A program made the position numbers and the translations under genes. The notes under the pieces were generated by a model, which saw only the letters and a program-made list of their open reading frames with translations, did not search any database and had not been told where the DNA came from. Below are positions 1 to 9,770 of a stretch of 64,000 nt of DNA, piece by piece. Source of the DNA: Guillardia theta CCMP2712 (lineage: Eukaryota; Protista; Cryptophyta); the NCBI RefSeq assembly GCF_000315625.1, contig NW_005434639.1, forward strand, positions 463,615-527,614, given 5' to 3'. Every line of letters begins with the position of its first letter. Within the stretch, counting starts at the first letter, position 1.

Positions 1-44
1 TTTAAATTTGTTGTCCTCATCTCATCTACGGTTCGCCCACATCC

Positions 45-2123
45 ATGATGCGATCGCCTCTCCTCCTCCTCCTCCTCCTCCTCCTCCTTGACCCTGCACA
101 TGCTTCCAGTCACGAAGAGCCTGTCCACCATCCGTCCAGCAAGGGGCTTCACGGCTCCTTCCACATCGCTCCCGATTTCAAGAAGCTGGCCGACACAATC
201 GCACAAAACATGATGGCGGCGAAGCGAGCTCTCCAGCTCCACAAGCTCCAAGATGCTGGCAAGCCGCAGACAGGCAGCTCTGTCCGTCAATCTACATCCT
301 GTCCAGACTCTACTCAGGTCATCGCGAACTGCAGCTTAGAGTACTCCAGCATGTACAGCCCAAGTGCCGACATGGCAAGCATTTGTCAATCGAGCAGCAC
401 CTGCGTCAGTCAGCTGCAGACGCTGTCGAGCAAGTACAAGAGCACAGCCGGATGCTCGACCGACTATCAGGCTCAGAGTGTCCAGGCCTGGCTGTTACAG
501 ATCAAATATGGCTGTGTGAAAGACGGAAGTAAGTACTGCGCGACCACATGGGCGAGCGCTACCGATTTGTCGTACAAGGTGGTGGACGCGAGCTGGATAA
601 GACGTCGCGGCTGACAATGCTGTCAGGATCTGTGCAGCTCTGCGTGCTTCAGCCAGTACAGGACCATATACCAAGAAGTGTACGGGGCCTCTGAAGCCGA
701 GTACCTCAACATGGTGTGCCAGAAGGACTCCAAAGGCAACTACTGCATGGACACGATGACGTCGTCAGAGACAGCAATGTCCGGCAGCATGATATGCTCT
801 GAGTGCGGCGCGCTGGTACGGCCTGTCGGATCAGGAGGCAGAGAAGCTTGCGGGCTGACAACGTGCGACAGATGATAAAGATGTCCCAGTCGTCTGGCGC
901 ATCGATCGCTGACAGCAGCGTCGACATCGACACCGTATATGGGGCCATGTGCTCGAAAGGTGATCAGAGCCCGACGTGACCAAGCGCTATGAGCTGACGT
1001 CATGCTCAGACGGCGACTCCTACTGCTTTGACAAATTCATCGCGGCAGCTTTGTCCACCGGAGCCAGCGGCAGCAGCAGCTCCGAGACCTGTGACGGGAC
1101 GAGCTCGACCTGTACCAACGTCTGTAAGGTACGCGCGAGTGCCAGACTGCTCCGGCCGCCTTCCTTCTCAATGAGTCTTGATGCCTCCCAGAACGACCTC
1201 AAGACGGTCAACGACATTGGCTGCTGCGCAGGCTCCATGCTCGCAGCGATCCCTGAATCGAAGAAAGAGGCCGAGAACGCGGCGAAGCTCTGCTCTCAAA
1301 GCCTGCCGAAGCCATGTGAGCTCTGACAGGCCGCACGCGGAGCTTGTGACAGCTGACGTCTCGAGGGGCTGCGCAGGCGGGGCGGGGCCCTCGTTCAACC
1401 TCAAGATCGAGATATCGAACCTCAAGCAGAGCTGGTACGCCGCAAACAAGGCCACCGCAGACCCCTTGGTGAGTCGCGTCATGTCTCGAGAGAGAAGGCG
1501 GCGCCATGCCTGATCTTGAGCAGCTCGCCACGGACATGAACTCGGCCTTCGGCACTACAGCTGGGCAGGTGAGAGAGAGCGCAGAGGCCCCGCCTGCGCG
1601 TGCGATGATGGGCGGGGGGATGACGAGAGGCTGGCAGGCGAAGATGGGGGCGTCGACGGCAGGAGCAGGCGGCACTTCCATCGACGTGAGCATCACCACC
1701 GCCAACAAAGATCAGGTAACTTCGCTAGACCCGTAAGCGCTGCTCTGATGACGTCACGGCTAGGGTACTGCGGTAGAGAACAACATCAAAAAGTACAAGG
1801 CGAGGCGGAGCGGAAGCGTAAGTCAAGGACTGTGTCTCTGACCGAAGGCGCTGACGGATGGCTGGTAGTCCCTTAGCCTGGCCACCACGAGCACAAACCT
1901 TCCCTCCGACGCCAAGATCGACCCGTCCAAGGCTTTAAGCGTCACGGTCTCGTCCTACGTCAAGGGCTCCTCGGCTGCCTCGCGATCTCTTGCGTGGTCG
2001 GTGCTGTCGGTGGTTGTGCTGAACGTGTTGGTGAGACCTGCGATGCCGGGGCTTGCGAGAGACCTGACGATCAAGGGCTGCTGCAGGTCGTGGGGAGGAT
2101 GGGTGCTCATTGGTGAGGGATAG
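45..2123 (+). CDS. Multi-exon secreted cysteine-rich surface protein, possibly GPI-anchored (copy A, apparently intact)
   Basis: Signal peptide MMRSPLLLLLLLLLLDPAHA; repeated Cys motifs (CVKDGSKYC, CQKDSKGNYC, GDSYC, IGCCAG); short GT-AG introns; hydrophobic C-terminal tail SLAWSVLSVVVLNVL. 3' end approximate. Confidence 0.7.
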
Positions 2124-2557
2124 GATCCTACTGTGAGGATCCGGACTCGTGGAGTGCTCTTTTGGACAAGAGAAGTGGTAGCCATGAGGCATGAAGAGAT
2201 CGCAGTCGGATGACCGCGTGAAGCTGATGCTTGACGGAGCCTATGTTGCTGACCGTACTCAATGACAACGTAGTCATTAGTCACTTGCCACAACACAATA
2301 CTTACAAAGCTACCTACAAGAATACTTGATAACATACATGATCACGGATCTTTTACACGTTATCCTGGCCCGCGCACAGACCGACGGTGCTGCTCGATGA
2401 GAGCGTGTTGCCGACTGACCATCTCATTGAAACTAGCACTGAGTGTCTTCAAGGTCGTTTCGCAGGCCACTGGCCTGCAATACTTGATTAAGAGTAAAAA
2501 CAAACCTTCCAGTCAACAATCAAGGATATTTGAAAACTTGACCAAGGAGATTCCTCA

Positions 2558-5507
2558 ATGGCTGAAGATGATGTTCTCCAGTCGCTGGTGCGGTTATGGC
2601 AGCGGACGGCCTCCCCCTCCTCCCCCTCCTCCCTCCCTCCCCCCTCGTCCTCCTGCCTGCCCAGCGCTCCCGCAAGTCAGCTTCCTCAGCCCTCCAGTCA
2701 CTCCTATCAAGCTGCGTTCCTGTCCTCCTGCGCAAGCCTTCCTCATGCGGCGAGGGTAGCCAAGATGAAAGCTACTCAAGAAGACTTGCTGCGAATGCTG
2801 CTGCTGGCCTGCCGGGAAAGGATCGACGGCCTTTGCTCATCCATGAGGATGAGCGAGGAGGAGAAGACGTCACATCCGGAGTTACTGAGCAGCGAGGTGT
2901 CTGAAGGGCTGCTGCTGAAGCTGGAGGATCTCGAAGCAAGGCTGACGAGGGACATGGAGAGCATGAGATCACTTCTTGCAGGAGTGGCTGAGTACGAGAA
3001 CCTTCTCCGAGAGCGGGCGATGCTGGAAACAACCTTCACCGACTCCTCCAGGCTGCTGGATCGCACTTCGAACTCGTACACTCTTCGGCGATCGGAGGAG
3101 CGGTACAAGGCTCTGGTGCTCAAGATCATACCTGAGAGAAGGAAGGAGCTGCTGGGGACGAAGGTACCTTGACAGCCCAGATGAAGTGATACCAGCGGAC
3201 GAGGAAGGTGTACGGGGACGAGGAGCAGAGCAGTCTCAGGTGAAGGCGAGCAGAGGAAATGATATGAAGGGATCGCAGAATGTTTCGAAAGAGAGGATAG
3301 TCCGCATCCAGCACAATCGTGACAGAGGCGAAGAGCACATCTCCCAAGTCTCACAGTCTATCTCCTTCATCTCTGCTGCAGAGCCTTCTATAGAGCCAGA
3401 CGCTTCTCCAGGTCAACCGCTAGTCTCCTCTCTGCACAGTAGCTCAAGTGCTTGTAGCTCGGCGGTCGAAGAAGCAAGAGCGTGCTTCAAGCCTGCTGAT
3501 GGACCGGGTGGAAGCCCTGGAGACCTGGGCAAGAGAGCGGTGCGACAGGGGTGGTGTTCTTGACTGCGTGGACGTCAGGTCCTGAAGCAGCAAGGAGAGA
3601 TATCAGCGATGCAGGACCAGGAGAGGCTGATGAGACAAGGTCCGTGATGAGGCGGCTGGTTTTCTGTGCTAACCCCTCCTCGCAAGAGCTGGGAGAGTCG
3701 GACTCCAAGAGCAGAGACGCGGCTATCCACAAGCTGACAGTGAGGATGAGAAGAATGGAAGGTGGAGTTTCGGGGCGTCCTCCTGCCCCTGACATGAGCG
3801 CAGACATGATGAAGAGATGTCAAGTCGGACAAGACTCGCCCAAGGCAGAGGGTCACACCAATGGTGGGTCTGGCGCTTGCTGACATGCTGCAGAGAAATC
3901 CAAGAGCATGCCTGCGGATGCGTTGGTGCTGAAGAAGGATCATAGCAAACTCCAAGAATCGCTCAAGCTTGCCCAAGAAAAGATTGTGACGTTGGAGGTT
4001 CGGGTCGGGCGCTCGCACCGCCTTGTGACAAGCCGAGCAGGCCAAGCAAGGGAAGCTGATAGAGCAGCTGGCGGAGCTCTCGCTCAAGCTGCAAGGTGAG
4101 TCAGGAGGGAGAGACTCGATGGGATGAGCTCAGGATGAGGTGCAGACAAGAAGTTCGTCCAGCCGTTAGACCTCAAGTCTGCCTTTCAGAGCTTGTTCCA
4201 AGGCTTCACCAACGTCCTCGACCCCTCTCAGCCAAAACGAGCCGGTTCCCCAGCTTTCTCCTTCTCCTGCTCTGCTCCTGCCCTTGTTTACCTCCTGCTC
4301 TGCTCCTGCTCATCCTCCTTCTCGCCTTGTTGGATCCTCAAGTCTCTCTAGGTAACTCGGGTGAGGAGAAGAAGGTTCGCTTCGCCTACATCGGCGAGCA
4401 CTTCGCTCACTCGCTACTGAGCGGCTTCAGCGCCATCGAGAAAGTGGAGAAGAAGCATCTTGAGCTCCTGGTCGAGCTGGAGGAGCAGCGGGAGAGGCAC
4501 CAGCAGGAGAGGATCGAAATTTCCCGCAAGCTTGCGGACGTCCTGTCGAGATGCGACAACTGCGACACCGTGGCAGAAGAAGTTAAACTCGACCTGCAGG
4601 AGGTCGCTGCTCGCGCAGAGGAAGGGAGGGAGGCAGCTCGGAGCGTGTGCTGTCTGAGCGACGAAGTGATTTCCTGCCAGCAAGGCTTGGACGAACTCCG
4701 CTCGCGCACTGTCATGCTGGAAGAGAGGAGCGGGCAATCTGAGGGGAGCAAGTCAGCACAGAGACAGGGAGATGTAAAGCAGGAAGGAGGTACAAGAGAG
4801 TGCGGAGAAGAGCATGGGGAGGAGGGGAGGAGCGCGTTGGAGGATCTTTCCTCGCGCGTGTCTCTCCTTGAAGCTTCTCTGGCAGCCTCTGCTCCCTCTC
4901 CCTCTCCCTCTATATCCGCTGAGGCCATCAACGCGCTCAGTGAGGAGCTCACAGAGAGGATAGAGGAGTCTGCGGCGCGACGAGACAGCAGCCTGATGAA
5001 GACGCTGGAGGAGGCGATGCTCTCCTGCGTGTCGCGCGACGACGTGCGAGAGAGTCTGCTGCTGTATGCCAGCAAGAAGGACCTCAAGGCGAGCGAGAGC
5101 AGGACCTGGGAGCGCATCGCCAAGGTCGAGGAGGAGGGAGCGCAGACTTCTGCGATGATCAAGCTGGCGAGGAAGGAGCTGGAGGGGATGAAGAGTAGCT
5201 TCCTCCTCTCCTCGCAGGAGCTCGCGGCAAAGCTCTCGAGCCACGAAGAAGACTGTGCCGAGGCGGTAGACGCGCTGTCAGGCAGCATTGCACAAGTCTC
5301 GTCCGAGCTCTTCAAGTTTGCAGCAAGTCAGTCGGAGCTGTTTGTTCGACGCGACGAGCTCGCCAGCATTCGAACCTTGACGAGCAAGGCGGAGAGTGAA
5401 GACAACAGAAGCAGCGAGCTAGAGGAGGAGCGGGAGGGGGAAGAGACACAGCAGCATTCGAGGGAAGAGGAGGCAAAGAAGGATCAGGAGGGGAAAGGAG
5501 AGGGAAA
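2558..5507 (+). pseudogene. MAP65/Ase1/PRC1-domain coiled-coil gene, copy A: frameshifted and 3'-truncated
   Basis: Lacks 50 bp present in copy B (17346-17395) after 3153, removing the EAIEEWERSNGKAFL motif and shifting frame; homology to copy B stops at 5507, 13 nt before the element. Confidence 0.8.
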
Positions 5508-5520
5508 CTTGACGAGACAA

Positions 5521-8104
5521 ATGGTATCAGCATGTGGGTATTGTTGACTTCATTGAAAATTAGCATTGCACTGCAGTGGTTTTCATCGAGGAATTTCAAA
5601 TATGGACGACTGAAGACCACCCTGAAGACCATCAAAATAACAGAGGGTCTTGTGACTCTGTACGTAAAAACGATGATTCCTGCGTACAATACAACAATAA
5701 ATCTATTACACTACTAAAATTTAAATATATTCCTATTGCAGTACAATGCTAATAATATCCAAATTAAAACACTTGAAAACACAATGACAAAATTTCTATT
5801 AAGATTATGTTCAATAAATATTAATCACCCATTGCAATAAATATTATTTCAATTAAAATAATATCCAATAAATATTAATCTTGAATCTTGTTGCCATATC
5901 AATGTAAATTAATGCTGCAGTGTGGTGCATAAATTACACAATGTAAAACGGCGGTATAGCATGAGCAAAGCGAATGCTATGATGAGCACGCAGTGCTCAT
6001 CTATTCCATTGCAACTTGTGCTACACTTGTTATTCCTATTACACTAGAATACCAACAAGATTCAAGATTCAACATTGGAAAAATATATTATAACCCAATT
6101 ATATTTATTGAACAAAATTTGAATAAGAATAATAAACAAGATATTTTTCTAATTTCATATCAATGTAAATCATTGCTGCATTGCGGTGCATAAATTACAC
6201 AATGTAAAACGGCGGTATAGCATGAGCAACGCGAATGCTATGATGAGCGCGCAGTGCGAATCTATTCCATTGCAACTTGAGCTTCACTATTACACTCGCA
6301 AACCCTTGATTACAAGTCTTCAGTCGTCCATATTTGAAATTCCTCGATGAAAACCACTGCAGTGCAATGCTAATTTTCAATGAAGTCAACAATACCCACA
6401 TGCTGATACCAAATGGTAGAATTCATACCTTTAAACACAGGCATGAATCCTTAATTAAAAAAATGAATCTGTTTCAATATCAGTGTCTAAAACATCAACA
6501 GATGCCTCCTAAAAAACAATTGGATGACCATATGCCACCAAATATTATCAAATCCGCTGATGCTCCTCTTCCTAAAACATTTATTGATTTAGAGATTCTT
6601 GATTAATTCATTTATAGAACTATTCAATAAAACAAAAATAAATCATATTTTTTTATACTTACTATATACACCTATGTCGTGCATGTTTTACACTTTTCCC
6701 ACACATTTTAACAGCGTTACTGCATGAAATGCGGTGGGCAAGGCCCTATCACTGTTACACTTGCTAAACTTGATTACAATGCTTACCATTAATATATCCT
6801 TTCAATTATAGCATCACATCACTGTTTGTTTTCACAACATTTCAATAAATATCAACGAGCGTACCCACGGAGTGGCTTGAACAAACATATTATACATTTG
6901 TTTTCCTATTAATTATCTCAGGCATCACGAGCTTAAATAAGTGATGCTCCACCAATCAACCTATTGGAAATACATCTGCAACGATTCTCTCTTTTGAATG
7001 TGCGTGAACCTGTAACTCTATATCAACACAAATTTAACATTAATTATCAAAACCAATAAGTGCAACATTTTTTGTGTGGTGTGATCATGCACGCATATAT
7101 ACATCTGCAACCCGAATACATAAGCAACGATTCTCTCTTTTGGAAATACATCTGCAACTTTTTGGATGTGCGTGAACCTATAACTCTATAGTAACCTATA
7201 TCATTCACACCAATAAGTGCAATCCGTTTTTTTGTGTGGTTTGATCATACACTCATATATACATGTGCAACCAATTGGAAATACATCAGCAACCTGAATG
7301 TATCTGCAACTTTTTGGATGTGCGTGAACCTATAACTCTATAGTAACCTATATCATTCACACCAATAAGTGTAATACGTTTTTTTGTGTGGTGTGATCAT
7401 ACACTCATATACACATCTGCAACCAATTGAAAATACATCAGCAACCCGAATGCATCCGCAACGATTCTCTCTTTTGAATTTGCGTGACTCTGTTAACCTG
7501 TGACAACTCAAATCTAACATTAAATATTAAAACCAATAAGTGCAACCTTTTTTGTGTGGTTGCCTCCGGCAAGCACAGCGTGTGATGATACACGCATATA
7601 TACATCTGCAACCCGAATGCATCAGGAACCAATTGGAAAGACATTTGCAACCTTTTGGATGTGCGTGAACCTGTAACTCTATAGTAACCTATATCATTCA
7701 CACCAATAAGTGCAATACGTTTTTTTGTGTGGTTTGATCATACACTCATATATACATGTGCAACGATTCTCTCTTTTGAATGTGCGTGAACATGTAACTC
7801 TATGACAACCCAAATCTAATATTAAAACCAAAAAGTGCAATACGTTTTTTGTGTGGTTGCCTCCGGCAAGCAAAGCGGCAAAGCGTGTGATGATACACTC
7901 ATATATACATCTGCAACCCGAATGCATCAGGAACCAATTGGAAATACATTTGCAACCAATTGGATGTGCGTGAACCTGTAACTCTATAGTAACCTATATC
8001 ATTCACACCAAAAAGTGCAATCCATTTTTTTGTGTGGTGTGATCATGCACGCATATACACATCTGCAACCAATTGGAAATATATCTGCAACCCGAATGCA
8101 TCAG
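5521..8104 (+). repeat. Left terminal inverted repeat (2,584 bp)
   Basis: Reverse complement of 11473-14056; mirrored ORFs, e.g. 7694..7927(-) / 11650..11883(+) and 6334..6606(+) / 12971..13243(-); one mismatch seen (6264 vs 13313). Confidence 0.97.
5522..6411. repeat. 890-bp terminal module bounded by its own 96-bp inverted repeat (5522-5617 / 6316-6411); mirrored at 13166-14055
   Basis: TGGTATCAG...GACTGAAGAC is the reverse complement of GTCTTCAGTC...CTGATACCA; the interior holds a ~120-bp direct repeat (about 5896-6019 and 6157-6279). Confidence 0.92.
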
Positions 8105-8415
8105 GAACCAATTGGAAATACATTTTCAACCAATTGGATGTGCGTGAACCTGTAACTCTATATATCAAGTTAAATCTAATTTATCATTCCCACCAAAAAG
8201 TGCAATCCATTTTTTTGTGTGGTGTGATCATGCACGCATATACACATCTGCAACCAATTGGAAATATATCTGCAACCCGAATGCATCAGGAACCAATTGG
8301 AAATACATTTGCAACCAATTGGATGTGCGTGAACCTGTAACTCTATAGTAACCTATATCATTCCCACCAAAAAGTGCAATCCATTTTTTTGTGTGGTGTG
8401 ATCATGCACTCATAT
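6960..8415 (+). repeat. Degenerate modular tandem array, 9 units; 7 mirrored in the right TIR
   Basis: TGCGTGA(A)C anchor at 7001, 7169, 7321, 7481, 7662, 7783, 7967, 8141, 8326; shared sub-blocks AAGTGCAA, TTTTTTGTGTGGT, CATCTGCAACC, CCAATTGGAAATACAT. Confidence 0.93.
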
Positions 8416-8485
8416 AAAAAGTAAAGCTTTTGTGGTGTGAGTACTTAAAAAAATGAACATTGAAATATAAGATTAAGATAGAAAA

Positions 8486-8992
8486 ATGTCTGATTCCCTA
8501 GAAAATTCATTAGGGAAAATAGAGATAGATATGAAAGAATATGTAGAAGAATGGAAAATAGAAGAAGATGTGATAACTTATGGGAAACATATATGTTGTG
8601 TATGCAATGAAGAAGAAGCGACAATAGAATGTGAGCAATGCAAATCATATCCGATATGTATAGATTGTATAAATAATCTAAAGAAGAGATATGTATATTA
8701 CAAAGAGATATTTGAAGTGAAGGGGATAACACGTAAATATGATGAGAGACATAGTCATAAGATAACATTTGAATGTCCATTGTGTAGGAAGGTGAATGAG
8801 ATAAGCATGTGGAAAGAAGAATTAACGAAGGAGGATGTGATAAAATTCACGTTTGGAGATTATGCATTTATCTCAATGCTAGTGAATGAGAATAAAATCC
8901 TGAATGAAAGCATGAAAAACTCATATCATAGAGATTATCAAGGAGATTATGAAGGAAAACATAGAATTGAAGGACTACAAGAAAAGATATGA
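8486..8992 (+). CDS. C8 RING-type zinc-finger protein (element ORF1)
   Basis: Cx2C-x8-Cx2C-x5-Cx2C-x35-CPLCR pattern; intronless; AT-rich codons; AAAAATG start context. Confidence 0.75.
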   Translation: MSDSLENSLGKIEIDMKEYVEEWKIEEDVITYGKHICCVCNEEEATIECEQCKSYPICIDCINNLKKRYVYYKEIFEVKGITRKYDERHSHKITFECPLCRKVNEISMWKEELTKEDVIKFTFGDYAFISMLVNENKILNESMKNSYHRDYQGDYEGKHRIEGLQEKI

Positions 8993-9323
8993 AGACTTGA
9001 TGAGATATATAAATGAGAAGAAAGATATATTTGATAAAGAATCGTGCAATATAGAGAATCAGAAATTAAGATTTAAATTGAGCGATAGTGTAAGGGAAAT
9101 AAAAGAATTGAAGAGAGAGAAAATGTTGCTAAGAGCATATAATGAAGGTTTATGTCACATGATGGAAAAATATAAATCAATGGTGAAAGAAAGTTTTATG
9201 AAAGTGGATAGATATACGAAGAGAAAAAGGGATGAATTCATAGGAAAACTAGAATTGCGAATGAGAATAAATGTAAAAGTGAGAGAGGATAACACTCATG
9301 AATGTTATAGTTCATGGATATAA
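8949..9323 (+). CDS. Coiled-coil ORF2, probably the frameshifted C-terminal half of ORF1
   Basis: K/E/L-rich heptad-like sequence; overlaps ORF1; its frame stays open back to the A5 run at 8915-8919. Confidence 0.6.
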   Translation: MKENIELKDYKKRYEDLMRYINEKKDIFDKESCNIENQKLRFKLSDSVREIKELKREKMLLRAYNEGLCHMMEKYKSMVKESFMKVDRYTKRKRDEFIGKLELRMRINVKVREDNTHECYSSWI

Positions 9324-9347
9324 AGGTTTTTTATTTATAAAGAGTAA

Positions 9348-9770
9348 ATGTCGTGTTCAGAAAAACAAAGGGGGGAAGCAAAAGAGGATAAACGAGAATA
9401 TAGCAACAGGAAGAATAGAGAACACAAGGAACGAATGAAGGCAGACGGTACAATAAAGAAATATTATGATCAGATAAACTCATTGAACAGGGAGAAATAT
9501 CAAAAGAATGAAGAATTCCACAAGATGATGAATGAAATAGTAAGAAGGAATCAACATAGAAGATATAATGAAGACCCAGAATATAGAGAGAAGATCAAGA
9601 AGAGGAATCAAGAAAGATATTATATGAAAAAACAAGCTGCATTAACAGCAAAAGCAGGTTTGTGCGAAGGAGAAGATGATCAAACCTTCCTTTCCGAGTC
9701 CATCCATGCTTCTATCGTCGACCTTTGCATTGTCAAGATATGGAAAACATCCATCAATTCTATCCAATGA
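9348..9770 (+). CDS. Small basic helical protein (element ORF3)
   Basis: Repeated R/K-Y motifs (NREKYQKNEEF, RRYNEDPEYREKIKKRNQERYY); 24-nt AT-rich spacer after ORF2; composition shifts near 9655. Confidence 0.65.
   Translation: MSCSEKQRGEAKEDKREYSNRKNREHKERMKADGTIKKYYDQINSLNREKYQKNEEFHKMMNEIVRRNQHRRYNEDPEYREKIKKRNQERYYMKKQAALTAKAGLCEGEDDQTFLSESIHASIVDLCIVKIWKTSINSIQ

Larger units (their letters stand above)
44..5507 (+). repeat. Segmental direct duplication, copy A (partner 14236-19703)
   Basis: Near-identical to 14236-19703 from CATGATGCGATCG to GGAGAGGGAAA; paired near-identical ORFs in the track (45..614 / 14237..14806; 4407..5315 / 18603..19511); scattered SNPs and indels. Confidence 0.97.

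Noticed and set aside
4407-5315. 302-aa Ser-rich minus-strand ORF (and 18603-19511)
   Set aside because: Antisense shadow of a Glu-rich coiled-coil exon.
5522-5533. TGGTATCAG as an LTR-retrotransposon tRNA-iMet primer-binding site
   Set aside because: Matches only 9 nt of TGGTATCAGAGC, occurs four times as an inverted terminus, and no gag/RT/integrase is present. The flanking direct repeats are intron-containing host genes, not LTRs.
5778-6204. CACAATG as a Transib/RSS-like heptamer end
   Set aside because: Copies are internal rather than terminal, with no properly spaced nonamer or 5-bp TSD.
5532-8340. Short ORFs in the TIRs and their mirrors at 11650-14094
   Set aside because: They arise from repeats, often start at non-ATG codons and show no domain features; only the 34-aa MPPKK... 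peptide (6502-6606) is weakly plausible.
6960-8415. CRISPR array
   Set aside because: Units are degenerate reshuffled copies without unique spacers; no cas genes; eukaryotic context.
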